A stretch of 64,000 nt of DNA from Convolutriloba macropyga. Lineage: Eukaryota. The position numbers were made by a program, and so were the translations under genes. The stretch covers positions 1 through 64,000 of the forward strand of contig NC_134474.1 of NCBI RefSeq assembly GCF_964194025.1, read 5' to 3'. Below the pieces are notes generated by a model, which had not been told where the DNA came from, searched no databases, and saw only the letters and a program-made list of their open reading frames with translations. The first letter of the stretch is position 1; each line of letters opens with the position of its first letter. Below are positions 22,780 to 36,960 of this stretch, one piece after another.

Positions 22780-24100
22780 ATCAAAAAGAAAACGAGTCAA
22801 GTTTGGCTACTTTTATGTTGCTCATTGATTTAATTAAGATAAACTCCAAATACCTGAACTCACATTCAGGAGCTGTGACTAGAAAAGAACTGATTTCATT
22901 CTTTGACCCGCTGGACGATTACAAAGAAGCAAGATTGGTTAGGATAGCAGTTCTTCTAATAAAGTCAAGCAAAAATGGCTATAGGCGTACAAATACAGTT
23001 CGCCTCTAAGGCGTGATTTAAAGAAAAAATTGCCTCTGTTACACCAGTTTTGCGAAAAGGGTGATTAATTAGATAGTAAAAACTATCGACCAGTTTCTGT
23101 GGCTCCGAGATTGGCTAATATTTTTGAGCACCCAGCAGACGGATTTCATTGATGAGCAAAAAGTTATCATTCGAAAGCAATTTGGATTTCAGAGAAAAAA
23201 GTGAGCAGCGGATGCAGATTTTACAAATAGTTGAAACATTTTCGTCTAATTTAGGTGAAAACAAAGAAAATGTTGTTACTTTTATAGATACTTATAGAGG
23301 CTTATAGTTCCATTTCACATAGCACATTCCTTAAAAAATTGAATAAATTCGTTTTTTTAGGCAACAAAAGACATTCTGTCTTAATTTTTCGCTAACCGCA
23401 GAAAAAAGTGAATCTTAATGGTTTGTTTTCGGTTGTGAAATTGTGATTCCCGGTACTCAACAAGGAACTGTGTAGGACCTCTCTTCTTCTATTTTTTCGT
23501 GTTTGTGAGAGATTTTTCATTTATTATAAACGCAACGGAAAAAGTAATTCAATACGCGGATAACACAATTATCGACTGTGGTGGAATGGAAATTGGCTTT
23601 TATGCATAAGTAAAGGAAGAACTAAAGAAAACAGAAGAGCAAATGTAGAGATGAGCAAGCTAACCGTGAATGAAAACCAATCGGAAATCATTTCTTTTTT
23701 CACGACGAAAGTTCGATTTGCGTTAAAAATTAAAATAAAATTAAAGTTTTCAACAACAAAAAATGTTGCAGACACATTGGTATTCGAAATGACGGGGACC
23801 CTAATAATGATGTATAGCTGCATGAAACAGTAAAGAATATGGCTCATGCTATACGATCAATTAGCTAATACAACGCCAAATTCCCCTGAACACGAGCATT
23901 TTTTTAAAATCACTTGTTCTTTCACACTTACTTTTTCAGCAACCTTTATTCAAATTTTATCTGGAAAAACATGGAAAGCTTTAATTGGCAGATTAACTGG
24001 GGTAATATTGTTTGCTTACTAAGCAAACTGTATCACAGAGCCAGACATCTACTAATACAGACAAGCTGATCTTCCCAGCTGACCTCTAATCAATTTTTAT
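22780..24100 (+). pseudogene. Older, heavily decayed LINE RT remnant
   Basis: Recognisable fragments in the correct order: NYRPVS (~23081), KQFGFQR (~23175), GTQQGTV*D (~23452), IQYADNT (~23547). Confidence 0.75.
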
Positions 24101-24106
24101 TATAAA

Positions 24107-24314
24107 ATTGTGAAACCGAAAACGCTTCAAAATAGGTTCAAGAAAAGACAAAAACTCAAAGCCAACTTTGGAATGAATTTGTCAATGCCTAAAACGGAAT
24201 GAGTCACCATATTGTCAAACCAGAAATTGCTTCAAAATAGTTTCAAGAAAAAACAAAAACTTAAAGCCAACTTTGGAATGAATTTGTCAATGCCTGAAAC
24301 GGAATGAGTCACCA
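24107..24314. repeat. 104-bp tandem duplication
   Basis: Two copies of ATTGT.AAACC...AAAGCCAACTTTGGAATGAATTTGTCAATGCCT.AAACGGAATGAGTCACCA. Confidence 0.9.
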
Positions 24315-27300
24315 CAATGGATTTGGTTGGCAAGATAAAGAAAAATTTTAAGCAAACCTTGATAGATTTTGTTGGTCTCATAGCAAGGAAAAAATTTTTT
24401 CGAGTAGTAAGATGGGAGCTTTAAAAGGTATTTATTTGAGAAAGAAAACAGTCCGAATAATTTAATTATTGCGATTTCTTTATTTAAAATTGTTGTCTTT
24501 ATGGTTCTGCTTGAATGATTTGAAATATTGTATTGTTTTTTTTTGCAATTAAATTTAACCGAATGGTTTTTATTTTAATTTATTTTTTGCAAAACAAGAT
24601 TATAATCAAAGTCGTTCAAATATAGTCATAGTCTAGAACACGGAACTATTTTCTGAGCATGGTCTAAGCTACTTTTTCATTCCAGAGCAGACCCAAATGA
24701 GCGAATCAAAGCAAAATTTAACCGTACGTTTAACAGTAAGTTTGGATTGTTTTCTTTTGTGCCCCCCACTAGTTCACTTCTCCTGGTATAGAACATGAGC
24801 CGTTACATTCTAAATCAATATTTAATGAAAAGACTCGTGCAACTGGAGGCCGAAATAACACGTACTCATCGAGCGGGATGAGACAAAAGGAATTTTCTCT
24901 AAACTCAGTGAAATTGAGATTGATAACAGCCTTGCTATGTTAGTTTCTTTTCTAATTGTCGCACAAATGTGATCCCAATTAGGAAAGCCATTATTAATAC
25001 AAATCATTTCAAATACAAAATTGAGACTAACTGGCAAAAGCCCTAGAAAATTAAACATCAGTTTTGTCCCTGTAAATCTCCATCAACTTATGAACATTTC
25101 CTTTTAACGTCTGATACTTTATCGTGGGGTAATTTTGTCTGGCTAAGACATTAAAATGTTCAGTTTTCAAACAGGAGCAACTTTGTGCAAATAACCAATA
25201 TTTAATTATAGAGGTTTGAGAATCGCTGAACAAGGCTTGTATCCCATAACGCCAACCCTCACCACCATTAGTTAATCTTGCAAGGCCCTTTTTGAAAATA
25301 GTAGATGATAACATTGAATCCGAACTTTGTTTTTTGAAGACATTAAGTGGGGAACTTTAATTGCAGGCAAAGCATTGTCCGGTTTAGAATCTGTAGCATA
25401 AGTTTTTAAGGCATCGAGTAAGCAGCTGTACGTTTTTCACTTTTATTTGAAAGGATCGTATTCAAACAATCAGGAGCAATAACCAGAACATATATATGAA
25501 ATGCGTAAATGTAGTAGAAACTTATGAATGTTATGATAACAGTTCCTTCAGAATGCAAGAATTTAGAGCCTGGAAATGATTATACGACATATTTGCATAA
25601 AATTGCGTTCCGAGCGCAACCCATACTGGGTAAAGAAAATTTCTGTTACTGGTGACTACGACTGCCGCAAGCGTTAAAAATTCACTCATATCTCCCAAGT
25701 TTTCTGTTTAAGCGAATAATTTGCCACATTGTGTAAATGCGGAAACCCGGCACCTGTCCTTTTGTTATTTCGAACAATTCCAGGCAGTGATAACCTTATT
25801 TATCATTTAAACATAAAACTCATGGCCTTCTGCAAGCAATTTTTCTTTAATTTTGTGAAGATGTTAAATTCAATGTCGGGAGACGTCAAGTTGATTTAAA
25901 TATCCAATGAATATAATATTTATCTGGAGTTCAATCCACTTTTGAATTCCTTTTTATTTGCTTTACTAATGACTAGAGGTTATAACTAATTTATGAAGCC
26001 GTATAAACTTTCCTTTAACAGTTGAGTTTTTAGCTGATTTTTCCTGATAATTGTGAGAATAAATTTTATAGATTAAAATTGGGATGAAATGACTGAGGTT
26101 TGATGTGAACTTCGCACCTCAGTCCTCTCACCCAAAATTAAACCTCTGATAACGAGAAGAGTTAGAATTGATTGAGACCTAATTAAGTAATCTTCCATTA
26201 TAGGAGGTTTAAAATCTGGCCAATTACAGGAAGCTTAAAGAATGTAAGGTTAAATTTTTGAGGTTCTAAGTGTTTTAGGGTTTAAAAAAATGTGCTAAAA
26301 ATTCGGGGAGTTAAAAAAATAGGGGTGAAAAACAGGACACTCACTCAGCATTGTTTTTTGAGAGATTTTTTGGTATTTTTATTGCATGCATCTTTGGTCT
26401 AAGCAGATACTCAGCGGCCCTTAGGACTTGATATCAACATATCAAAACCGAACGAAGGATCAGTACACATACCTAACATTAAATTTCTTTTTCCGCGGCA
26501 TGATTGATAAGCATTACCGAGTGAAATATCATACAGTGCACAGGGAAGATGTCTTAAAACGTGTATATCATTCTGAGCAATTTTTCGCCTCTGAGCCAAC
26601 CAGAATCAGGAACCAACCCCTCTCCGTTTTGGTTAGCTAACATATTTTTTTGTTTTTTTTTGTACTTCTGCAATTTTAACTGGCGTAAGTTGTCGTAAAA
26701 GTCATTATTAACTGACAGTTGCCGTAACAAGTAGGGGTATTAGGAAACATCCGTAGGAATACATCACCATCAAAAGAGATAGAAAATGATTTTAGAACTA
26801 TTATTTCAATGGACACAAAAAAGACCAAAACTATAATTTTTCAGTTTTTTTTTAGCATTAATGAAGTTAAAGAAATATTCAAATAGACACGATGAAATTT
26901 TATGTTTACTTTTTTGAGAAAAAAATTAGGAAAACTTGCATTTGTCATAACGCTATGCAAGAATTAGAGAAAGATGTGGAAAGAAACAAAAGAATCACAC
27001 CTTTGATTCAAAAGCTCCCATTCCCAATAAGTGTATACAAATGTTATACTTTTCATCAAATGTTTCAACACGTCCAACTACTGTAAAGAAGCAAGCCGGT
27101 CTCCAATGATCTAGAAAAAACTTGAAAGCAATGAATTTTTTTACTGAATTTATTACTGAACTAAAATTTTTGAGTCATAATTACTATATTTGTGTAACGG
27201 CTATCTCATTGAGTGTCGCTTTTGTTTGTTTAAAAAGCAGCGTTTTTTGTTTAAGATAATAATTTATTTTTGATGGTAAAGGAAAATAATTGAAGTGCTT

Positions 27301-28059
27301 GAGAGATTGCAAACAGGATGCTGCAACACTAACAATTAATGGAATGAAAACTAAGGGAGGAAAAAGTTGTAAATTTTCTAAATAAAAAGAAAATTAATCA
27401 AAAATCCATTTGATAATCAGAAGATAAGTTAAGATAGGCTCATAAATGTCAATTTAAGTGCAAAAGTTACTTGCAAAGAGCAGCCTAGAAAATATGTCGC
27501 TGAAAAGAAAAAGTTTTTTGGAGTGCTGGCGGTTATCTAGTACGAATCTCTTACTAATGATAATTTCCTCGCACAATTTTGCAAGTTATATTCTTTGGGC
27601 ATGAAAATTTATAAATCTGGCTGGATTCTTGCAAGATTATTGTAGTATACGATTTTGCAAGATAGCTGTTGGATTAGAAAAATAAAGCAAATAACAATAA
27701 ACTTTCCTTTACGTGTCTGGTTTTTATGATCACTTACTTCGAAGTCAATCTGGAGAACTATAAAAATAATTTAATTCTTCATCATCAATGATTTCTGCCT
27801 GAATGCTAGATTGAAAAATCCATTAGATCATTATTTCGCTGAATTTTTCATTAGTATGCTGCAAACTATTATACAAAGACATGCCCCCCCCCCCTCCGCT
27901 CAACATGTAATTTTTAAGGCCATGATAACCTTGCCTATGAGCCCCATTTTTGTGGCTACCACGTGAACAGACACGGGTTGTCTGAAACAGAAATAATCAT
28001 ATTTCGCTCCTCCTGTCCATCAACCCAGTAGACCATTTTTTTAGGTTTCTTTCCGATCG

Positions 28060-28960
28060 ACATATGTTATCATTAAAAAGGCCTTCAAGCCTAGAATTTA
28101 TAATTAAAATGCTTTTTCTAATTTCGTTATTTTTTGAGGAGATATCGAGATTTAGTTCACTTTTAGCGTAATTTTTGCCCAATTTAAGACAATTTCTGTG
28201 AAAATGTTAATTCAAAAATTACGCTAACTTTGACAAACACTTTGTGTTGCTATTTGACAAAGGCAATAAAAAGACTAGTTTTAGTCCCTTCGGGAAACTT
28301 ATTATCACAAAAAATCAAATTCTTTTGGAGCGCTGCTTCTTCTAACTTTTTCGAAGTTTTTTTTTGGTTTTTTGCATGCCACTTAGAGATCAGTCGCTTC
28401 TCATACACAGGCTTCAGTGAAGACAAAACTCATTTGCAGTCACATGAGGTCTTATGATCGAATAATTTGCTTTCAAGGTATCGCCATTGTTTTTTTGCTT
28501 CGAAACTGTTTTCGTAACTTTTCATGAATTTTAGAGTTTCAATTTTATATCTCAATTTATTTTAGTAAATTTATGGTATTTTTTGTGGACTAAATGTAAA
28601 ATTGGCTGCTCAGGAATCATTAAATGAACCTATTTGTGCTCTGAATGGAAATCCATTGGCTCTTAGGACTTAAAAAAAAATTTCAAAGAAATGTTTAATA
28701 ACCGATTTTTAACTCATTTCTATGAACTTAGAGTTCAATTCCACTAATAACAAAATTCATTTTCTTTCTATTAAATTCAAGTCTAAAATGGTTAGTTGTT
28801 TTGTCTTCTAACTATTGGTTTTATGACTTCGATGCTGAAAATATATTCTTTTATATTGTTCACAATTTTTATTCTTTTTGAAATCTTATCAATATATTGG
28901 AACATTGTCACCTACCCTGCGCGTTTGGAGGAAATTCAGATCAACATAGATAAAATTTTC
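28060..28960 (+). mobile_element. Internal fragment of the Helitron2/Helentron-like family
   Basis: Collinear with 29315-30215: AAAGGCAATAAAAAGACTAGTTTTAGTC, CACTTAGAGA, TCATTAAATGAACCTATTTGTGCT, CCACTAATAAC, GAACATTGTCAC. No termini seen. Confidence 0.8.
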
Positions 28961-29235
28961 ATGGCTACAGCGTGCACTAGTTGGGTTGTCAGAAACAAAA
29001 ATAATCTTGATTGGCTCCTTATGTACATCAACACCAGGAGATTATTTTATATGTTTTTTTTTTCGAAGTATGAACAAACGGACTCTCAATTTCTTATATT
29101 TGTGCTAAAGAAATAAAAGTAAGCCATCGAAAAAAAAGTATTTATACATTTATCCAAAGAAATTAAAGTAAGCCATCGAAAAAGCAAGCCGAATGTTTTG
29201 TAAGGGTTATGAAATCTATCATGAATAATACATTG

Positions 29236-31650
29236 TTGTTCTGACCCCACTTGTGGCGGGAGGTACTATATACTTGGATAAATTTTTTTTGTTCAGTCAA
29301 TTTTGACCGATTCTAAATGTTATCATCAAAAAGCCCTAAAAGCATAGAATTTAAAATTAAAAAGATCTTTTAATTTCGTTTTTCAATCGAGATATGGAGG
29401 TTTAAAGTTTTGTTTAAACACGTGATTTTGTTCAATGTTAGCGTAATTTTTGTTCAAATTAGAATATTTTCTGTAGTCTTGTTAATTGAAAATTACAACA
29501 AAAAAATGACAAAAGTATTGCATTCCTAAGAGACGAAAGGCAATAAAAAGACTAGTTTTAGTCACTTCGGGATTACTTGTGTCACAAAAATTCGAATTCT
29601 ACTGGTGCGTTGTTTCTTCTAACCTTTTCGATTTTTTTTCATATGTCACTTAGAGAACAGCCATTACTCATACCCAGGTTTTAGTTCAGACACCCGTCAT
29701 TTTCAGTCAAATGGATCCTAATGAGCAAATAATTTGTTTTCAAGAATCGCTAATGTTTTTTTTGGTTCAAAACTGTTTTCTTAATTTTTTCATGGATTTT
29801 GATATCTTATTTTATCTTAGAAGATTTATGGTATGTTTTTGTTGACTAAATGTGCAATTGGCTGCTTAGGGATCATTAAATGAACCTATTTGTGCTGTGA
29901 TTGGAAATCTAATGTCTCTTAGGACTTTAAAAATATTTTTTCTAAAAAAGTTTACTAACCGATTTCAATTTTTTTTTCTAAGAACCTCTAGTTAAACTCC
30001 ACTAATAACCAGAATCCTTTTTCTTTCTACTGAAATCAAATATATATATCTATATAATATATATAGTTGTTTTATTTTCTAACCATTGGTTTTAGGACTT
30101 CATTTTTTATATTTGTTCTTTGATTTGGTTCTTTTTGAAAACATATCGACCTATTTGAACATTGTCACTTACCATTGGCGTTGAGAGGACATTGAATTGA
30201 ACATAGATAAACTTTCAGAGAATAAATCATGATTTTAGTGGCTTCAACATTTTCTTCTCGGACTTTTTTACAAAATATTTTGTTCTTGCCTGTCTGTTGT
30301 CAATTTCATTGTCATAAATTCTTTCGTGGTTGATGACAGATTTTTATGCTTAATGAGAGGTCTCATTGGCGTTAATTCAAGAAAAAAAAGCGTATTTGTT
30401 GATGTCTGTTGAAAGCTACTGCTTTTAAATTCTTTGATACTTCGAGTTTGATAAAAGGTTTCGTGTTTTTTATGATTGTTCATATCTGTTGACTTTACTT
30501 TTTGGTAAAAATTGTAATAAATTAATTTTGGTAATAAATTATTTCTTGTTCTTTATGTAGTCGTAAGTTCTTTTTTTCTTCCAAAAATGACAGGTCTCAT
30601 TAGTCTATTACTGTGAGGTGAATGAACACATTCAATGCAGTCAGCTGACTGCTGATAGTTTCAAACGTTATGACTTTATTCGTTTTCAGGAATTTTATTT
30701 TGTTTTCAATTTTCCCTTTTTGTTGTCTTTTGTCAATTAGTGACTTACTCTCATCATTGAGAGATACCATCTTCTTTCATGTAATTCAAACAAAACTTAA
30801 ACTATTGATATTGTGTCATGACTAATGTTTTGTTTGTTCGACAAAATGCGTTTCCAGATAACATTTGTGAGTGGTCAATATTTGTGTTTCTTTTTCTTGT
30901 CTTCTCCCGTTCAAAACAGATCCAGCTGGTCTTTAAAAGAGATCTAAATGAACATGTTTAATCTTTCTGTTTATATTTAACTGAAGTATTATTAAATAAC
31001 ATTGAAATAATAAAAAATAATATTCATTTAAGAGCTGATGATTTTAATGGTTTCAATAATTTTTGCTTGCTTACATTGCTTTTTTAGGGTTTCTGCATTT
31101 GTAGTCAAACCTGAGAAGTTTTTTATTGTTTTCTTAGAATTAATTAGTTGATTTATCAACAAATTTTTAGTTGTGAGCTAATGGTTAATATGGCTTTTAA
31201 AATTAATTGATTTCAAAATTGTTGACGGACTATTTTTTATCTTCGACTCATTTTTCCTCAATTTTATCAACTTGATGCCTATTCACGTCACACACAGTCC
31301 CAACAGCTATCTGATTTTGTCTTGACTTGTTAATAAGCGCTTCATTTTAGATATTGGGTTTTGCGCTAATGAAGCTTTTGTTTTTCCTTACTTTATTGTT
31401 TGTTTTTTTTTCTCGTAGTCTTATTAATGATAGATCTCTTTAGTTCTTTAATGCCGCATCGGATTATGTAATTCATTTGGTAGTTTGGGTCTGTAATAAA
31501 ACTCTGTTTTTAAAACTCAAACATCTATTTTTTGAACATTCCTTCATTTGATTGACAATTAAGTTGAAAATCTAGATGAGCTCGGGTCAAAAATGTAGAT
31601 GAGCTTGGGTCGGAACATTATATGTCAACGAACATTACCGAGCCTCCTTG
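29236..31650 (+). mobile_element. Non-autonomous Helitron2/Helentron-type element, copy A
   Basis: 5' TGTTCTGACCC plus a CCAC-TT-GTGG hairpin; 3' GGGTCGGAACA (31607-31617), a degenerate hairpin and a GAGCCTCCTTG end. Homologous to copy B. Confidence 0.75.
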
Positions 31651-33395
31651 ATAACTGTCGCAATCCGTGATAACTGCCGCACTGCACAGAGTGTTATAAT
31701 ACACAATGTGTTCCAACGCAACAAAGAAACAAAAAGACGTCAATTTTTAACGGCATGACTCGAACAGCTTCAGAGTTCTTAAGACCTGCTTAAGAAAAAA
31801 TCAAGCGTGTCAGCTGTAGACTTAAATGGTACGTGTTCCCCTAACTACCGGGGACTATTGTGTAATGCGTATTCCACTCCGATTTATCGGGGAAAAGACT
31901 GTATGAGTGTAATTTTAAAAAATTACAGCCTATTTACTCTTTTTTCTCCACTATTTTTACACTCTTTGCGGAGAGTGTAATTTAGGGTGGACTGATAAAA
32001 AAATACACTCTTTTTTCCACCACTATGCCTATTATCAATATATATTTTTACACTGTTCCACCTTTGTTGTTTCTTTCTATAAGAGTGTAAACAAGAAAAT
32101 ACCTTTATTGAAAATACAGTGCCGAGAAAAATTTTGAAGAGCACCTCAGTTTTCCTTTTGTTCCATTATTTTTGTTGGAACTCTAATTTCAAAAATTGCT
32201 TCTAATTGGCCTAAAAATTAGTTCAAAACTCTCAATTAGCCAAAAGTTTCTAAATGTCTGGCAGATTTCATTAAGCAAATTACTGCTGTATTTCAATTCT
32301 TGGTTACGGCACTCCTCAGGGCGATTTTGAAGGTGAGCGGAATTGACATTTCCTGTATTAATGTCCTCTGGCTTCAACTTTGTGCAACTGGAGGTAACCG
32401 AGGTGTTAGGTGTACTTTAGGCGTTCATCAGATTTCTCAATAATTTTTGATTTTTGCCACTGCCTACGTTAATCCGGCAATTTTTTGATCACGCAGGACA
32501 ACTTTTTCACTTGATAATTTTTGCCGCAAAGCACAATTTTTTTAAATGTGCTATTTATTGGCCGATAATTGAAGTAAAAAAATAAATAAAAACCTGATTA
32601 AAGATGAAAAAATGATAAAAAACCAGTATTGAAAGTTTTTCTAGTTTGTTGGTCTCAACAAACACTTTGAAGCAGAATGTTCCCGTATATCGGTGCTTGG
32701 TTTCCCAGTATTTACAAAGCGGTTTTTGAAGAAGATCGGGAATTGGCCCTCTAAAAGTTTTCTGTCCTCGGGCTTTAACTTGATGTTACTTTATGTCAAC
32801 TGTTCTACACTGGTTTTATTTTTTTTGGACTAATATTGGTGCTAATAATTGTAATCATTGGCAATTTTGCCAAAATAAGTAAAATATTGGCATCTTTTGC
32901 CATAAGAATAATAATATAATAAATTTTTGTTTCAGTGAAAATCGAATTATATATTTGGTGGCCGAACAATACTTATTCACAAATTTTCTGTCTAAAAGCT
33001 TTTTTGTTTTATTTGTTTACAAATGTTTTCAGGGTTTATAATGGTTTAAAAGTGTCAAATAAAGCGAATAATGCAATTTTCGATTTCTTGCTAAATTGCG
33101 AACTTCACTTATTTTTTTGACTTGTACGGCGATTTGTTTTTAAAGTGCTTCTCAAATATTGCTTATGCAACTATTCAATTAGTATCAGCAAAGTTTCACT
33201 CAATTATTAACAGAGTTCTCTCAAAATTAGCATAAAAACATAATGAACAGAGGTTCTTTTCACGTACCAAAACAATGAAGAGTACGTTGATATAAAACCC
33301 ATTACTGATTTAATCATTAGTTTATATGAAATTTGTTTAAATAGAGACATTAGGTGACAATTAATTGATGTAAACATTTCATACGACTTAATTAA

Positions 33396-36300
33396 TTGTT
33401 CCGACCCCACTTGTGGGGGGGAGGAACTATATACTCAAATGGTTTTTTTTTGTTCCGTGAATTTTGGCCGACCGATATATTCATCGTAGAGAAATGTGCG
33501 TGGTATCATTAAAAAGCTCGTCCAGCGTAGAACTCGAAATTAAAAAGATTTTTTTGAATTTCGTTTTTTTTTCGAGGAGTTATCGAGGTTTAAAATTTCA
33601 TGTGAACACTGGATATTTGGTTCACTTTTGTTCACTTTTACCGTAATTTTCGTTCGAATTAACGTTTTTTCTACAAAAAATTTAATTCAAAACTAGATTT
33701 CACACCAAAGAGTAAATCAATTTTAGGTTCTTAATAGACGAAAGGAGATAATAAAGACTAGTTCTAGTCTTAGAGGGAAGTTTAATATACAAAAAAAAAT
33801 TCGAATTAGGTTTGGGAGCTCTTTTTTTTTTTTAGAAAATTTTGCAATTTTTTTGTTTTTTCAAGTCACCTAGAGACTACTAGACACTTTTAATACCGAA
33901 GTTCCGTTAATGACAAACCTCTTTTACGATCAAATGAAGCCCAATGAACAAAAAATTTGTTTCGAAGGGATCGCTCATGTTTTTTTTTGGATTCGTATCT
34001 CAAAATTCGTAATTTCAAATGAAATTTTGATTTATTTTTTTGAGGTTTTACTAAAGTTTTATAATCCTATGGCATAAACTTTTTTGACTAAAGGTGTAAT
34101 AGATTTGCTAATGAGCAATAAGTGAACCTATCTAGTGCTGTGAGTGGACAGCTAATGGCTGTTAAGACTTTGAAAATAAATTTTCGAAATTTTTTTAAAA
34201 TTAGTAAATCATAAACTTCCTTTTGTGAACTTTAAGTTCGTCTCAGTAAAACAGGATTGAATTCCTTCATACCAGTGCAACATACATTAATCTCATTGGC
34301 AGCTTTATCAAATAACTATTGGTTATACGTCTTCAATGCCACAAGATTTCAAATTTTTTTGGAGATTTCGTTTTATTGGTTCATTTTGAAATCATATCAC
34401 GTCATCCTAATATTGATGGCTACATCTTCCTTTAGTGAAGACGTCCAAAGGATCATAGATAAAACTTTCTGAGAAAAAAATATGGTTTAAATGGCATTCA
34501 AAAATGTGAAATCTTGTGGCATTGAAGACGTATAACCAATAGTTATTTGATAAAGCCGCCAATGAGATTAACGTATGTTGCAAACTGGTATGAAGGAGTT
34601 CAATCCTGTTTAACTGAGACGAACTTACAGTTCAATCCTGTTTTACTGAGACGAACTTACACTTTCTTCTCCCATTTTTCTAAAGAAAATTTGGTTTTTT
34701 TTTCTGTATTTGTTGTTTTTTTTTTCATAGTCATAAGACATATTGTGATGTCTTATTGATAACCTAGGCATGATAAACATCTTTGTATTCACATCGTGGC
34801 ATAGCTGAGCGTATTCTTTGAATTCCTATGAAAGCTTTTGAGATTAATGGCTGTTAAGACTTTAAAAAAATTTTTTTTTTGAATTTTTTTTGAACATAAA
34901 TCAATCTTAAGCTTATTTCCGTGGGTTGTAAGTCAGTCTCGGTAATGACAGAACTACTTTTTTTCTGCATCAACAACAATTTATCTAGTTAGCGGTTTTG
35001 TCTTCTAAGTATTGGTTTTTTTGACTTCGGTGCACGAGTTTTCATAATTTTTATAATTTTTGGATTTTTTTTTAGTAATTTTGGTTCCTTTTGAAATCGT
35101 ATTACATTAACCTACTATTGATAGCTCCCATTGGTCTAATGAAGACGTTCAATAGATCGTTGAAAAAGTTTTCAGAGAAAAAAGCTTATGGTTTAAATAG
35201 CTTCGACACTTCCTTCTCTCAATTTTCTAACGAACTTTTGGATGTTGCCTGTTTTTGTTGTTGTTTTCATAGTCAATGACCTGTTGTAATGTCTTATTGA
35301 TAAATTTTGAATGACAAACATCCTTGTCGTCACATCATCTAGGCATAATTTAGCGTATTAGATGCCTTCCGTTGAAAGCTGTAGAATTTTATGACTTTGA
35401 TTTTATGGGTTTTCTCAAAAATTTCGTGGTTTTGATGTATTTTTCTTTGCCATACGACTTATTGTGATGAGTTATTGATGTCACATGAATGAAACTTATG
35501 ATTGCTATTTTATCGATGCAGAATTTAGTGTGTTTAATTAACTGCGTTGAAAATAATTGAACTTAATGTCTTTGATACTAGGGCTTTTCTCAAAAACTTC
35601 GTGGTTTTAATATCTTTGTTTATATTTGTTGTTTTTCAAGTCATTTTGTTACAAAAGAAACAATCACCTTGATGTTAGAAAAATTAATTGAAAGTCGAAG
35701 AGTTTATACTGAAAAGTTCATTCTCTAATGGCTTTGAAACTTTTCTCGCTTAATTTTTGTGAGTTTGCTGTTTTTGCTTTTTTTTATTTTCAGGTAGCCG
35801 TAAAATTCTGATCGGTCTCATAAACCTTTAATGTTGCCTGTCATGTTGCCCATAAACCTGTAATGAGTGATTTTACCCGAAGCAGTCAGTTTAAAGCCAA
35901 TAGTCCTAAAAATTATGATATTATACATCTTCAAAGATTTTTCAAACTTTTCAGTTTTTTTGTTCTTTTCGTCAACTTATTCTCGTCGTTGAGAAGTCCA
36001 CTCCAATTCCTTGAATTTGAAAAAACAACTTGTCTACTAATTTTATTTCGTAACTGATGTTTTGTTTGGTGGACATTATGCGTTTTCATAAAAAATATCG
36101 TGAGTGGTGTATTTGTGTTTCTTTTTTCTCTTCTTTTAGCTTATTCAGGTAATAACAGATCCCAATGATTTCCAAATGTGGCCCAAATGAACGAACTTCT
36201 TTTCTCTTTTAGTATAATTTTAGCTGAATGAGTATAAATGTAAAGTGAAATAAAAATAAATAAAATTCAGATAATAGCTGATGATTTTAATGGCTTCAAT

Positions 36301-36960
36301 AATTTATGTTATTGTTCTTAATTTTTTGAGATTTTCTGCGTCTTTGTGTAAATTGTTCGTTTTTTTGAGATTTTCTGCGTATCTAGTTTATTCCTATCGT
36401 TTAGTCTCAGCAGAGACAGGTCCCATTAGTTTCACATTGACTTTTTAGTAAATTTATCAAGAATTATTTTGTTAAAAAGCTAAAGATTTTTTTAGGCTTT
36501 TGAAATTATTTGGTTTAAGAAATGTTGATTGATCTTTGAGTTTCACCTCATTTTTTTCTCTATGTCAACTTTTTACCTAATCTCATTATGAAAAACATAC
36601 ATCTGCTGTATAGTTAGCAAAAACTAAATTTGTGGAGTTAAGGTTTTATCTGATTGCATTTTGACGTTGTTACTAGGTGCTTTTAAAATTATATATTGGG
36701 TTTCTGCCGTGAAAATTTTGTTTTTGCATATTTTGTTGTTTGCTGTTTTTTCTCGTAGTTTTTTTATTGGTAGATCTTGTGAGCGCTGTAATGAGAAATG
36801 GCATTATGTAATTCAATTAGTATTTACGTTTTGTAACGTGTTTTTTAAGGTCAAAAATCTATTTTTGTTATCTCTTCATTTGGTTGACAATTAAGTCAAA
36901 AATGTAGATGAGCTCGGGTCGGAACATCATGTGCGAACGCACATTAACGAGCCGCCTTGT
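33396..36960 (+). mobile_element. Non-autonomous Helitron2/Helentron-type element, copy B
   Basis: Perfect 11-bp asymmetric inverted repeats TGTTCCGACCC (33397-33407) and GGGTCGGAACA (36916-36926); 5' hairpin CCCCAC-TT-GTGGGG; 3' hairpin ATGTGCG-AA-CGCACAT (36929-36944); ends CTTG followed by a T-run. Confidence 0.82.

Noticed and set aside
24822-25058. hAT dimerisation domain (FPNW...LLSISIS)
   Set aside because: It lacks the ERxFS motif and the resemblance is too weak to call.
29105-29183. Short local duplications (also 31567-31611 and 62485-62528)
   Set aside because: Ordinary 20-30-bp slippage duplications with no further structure.
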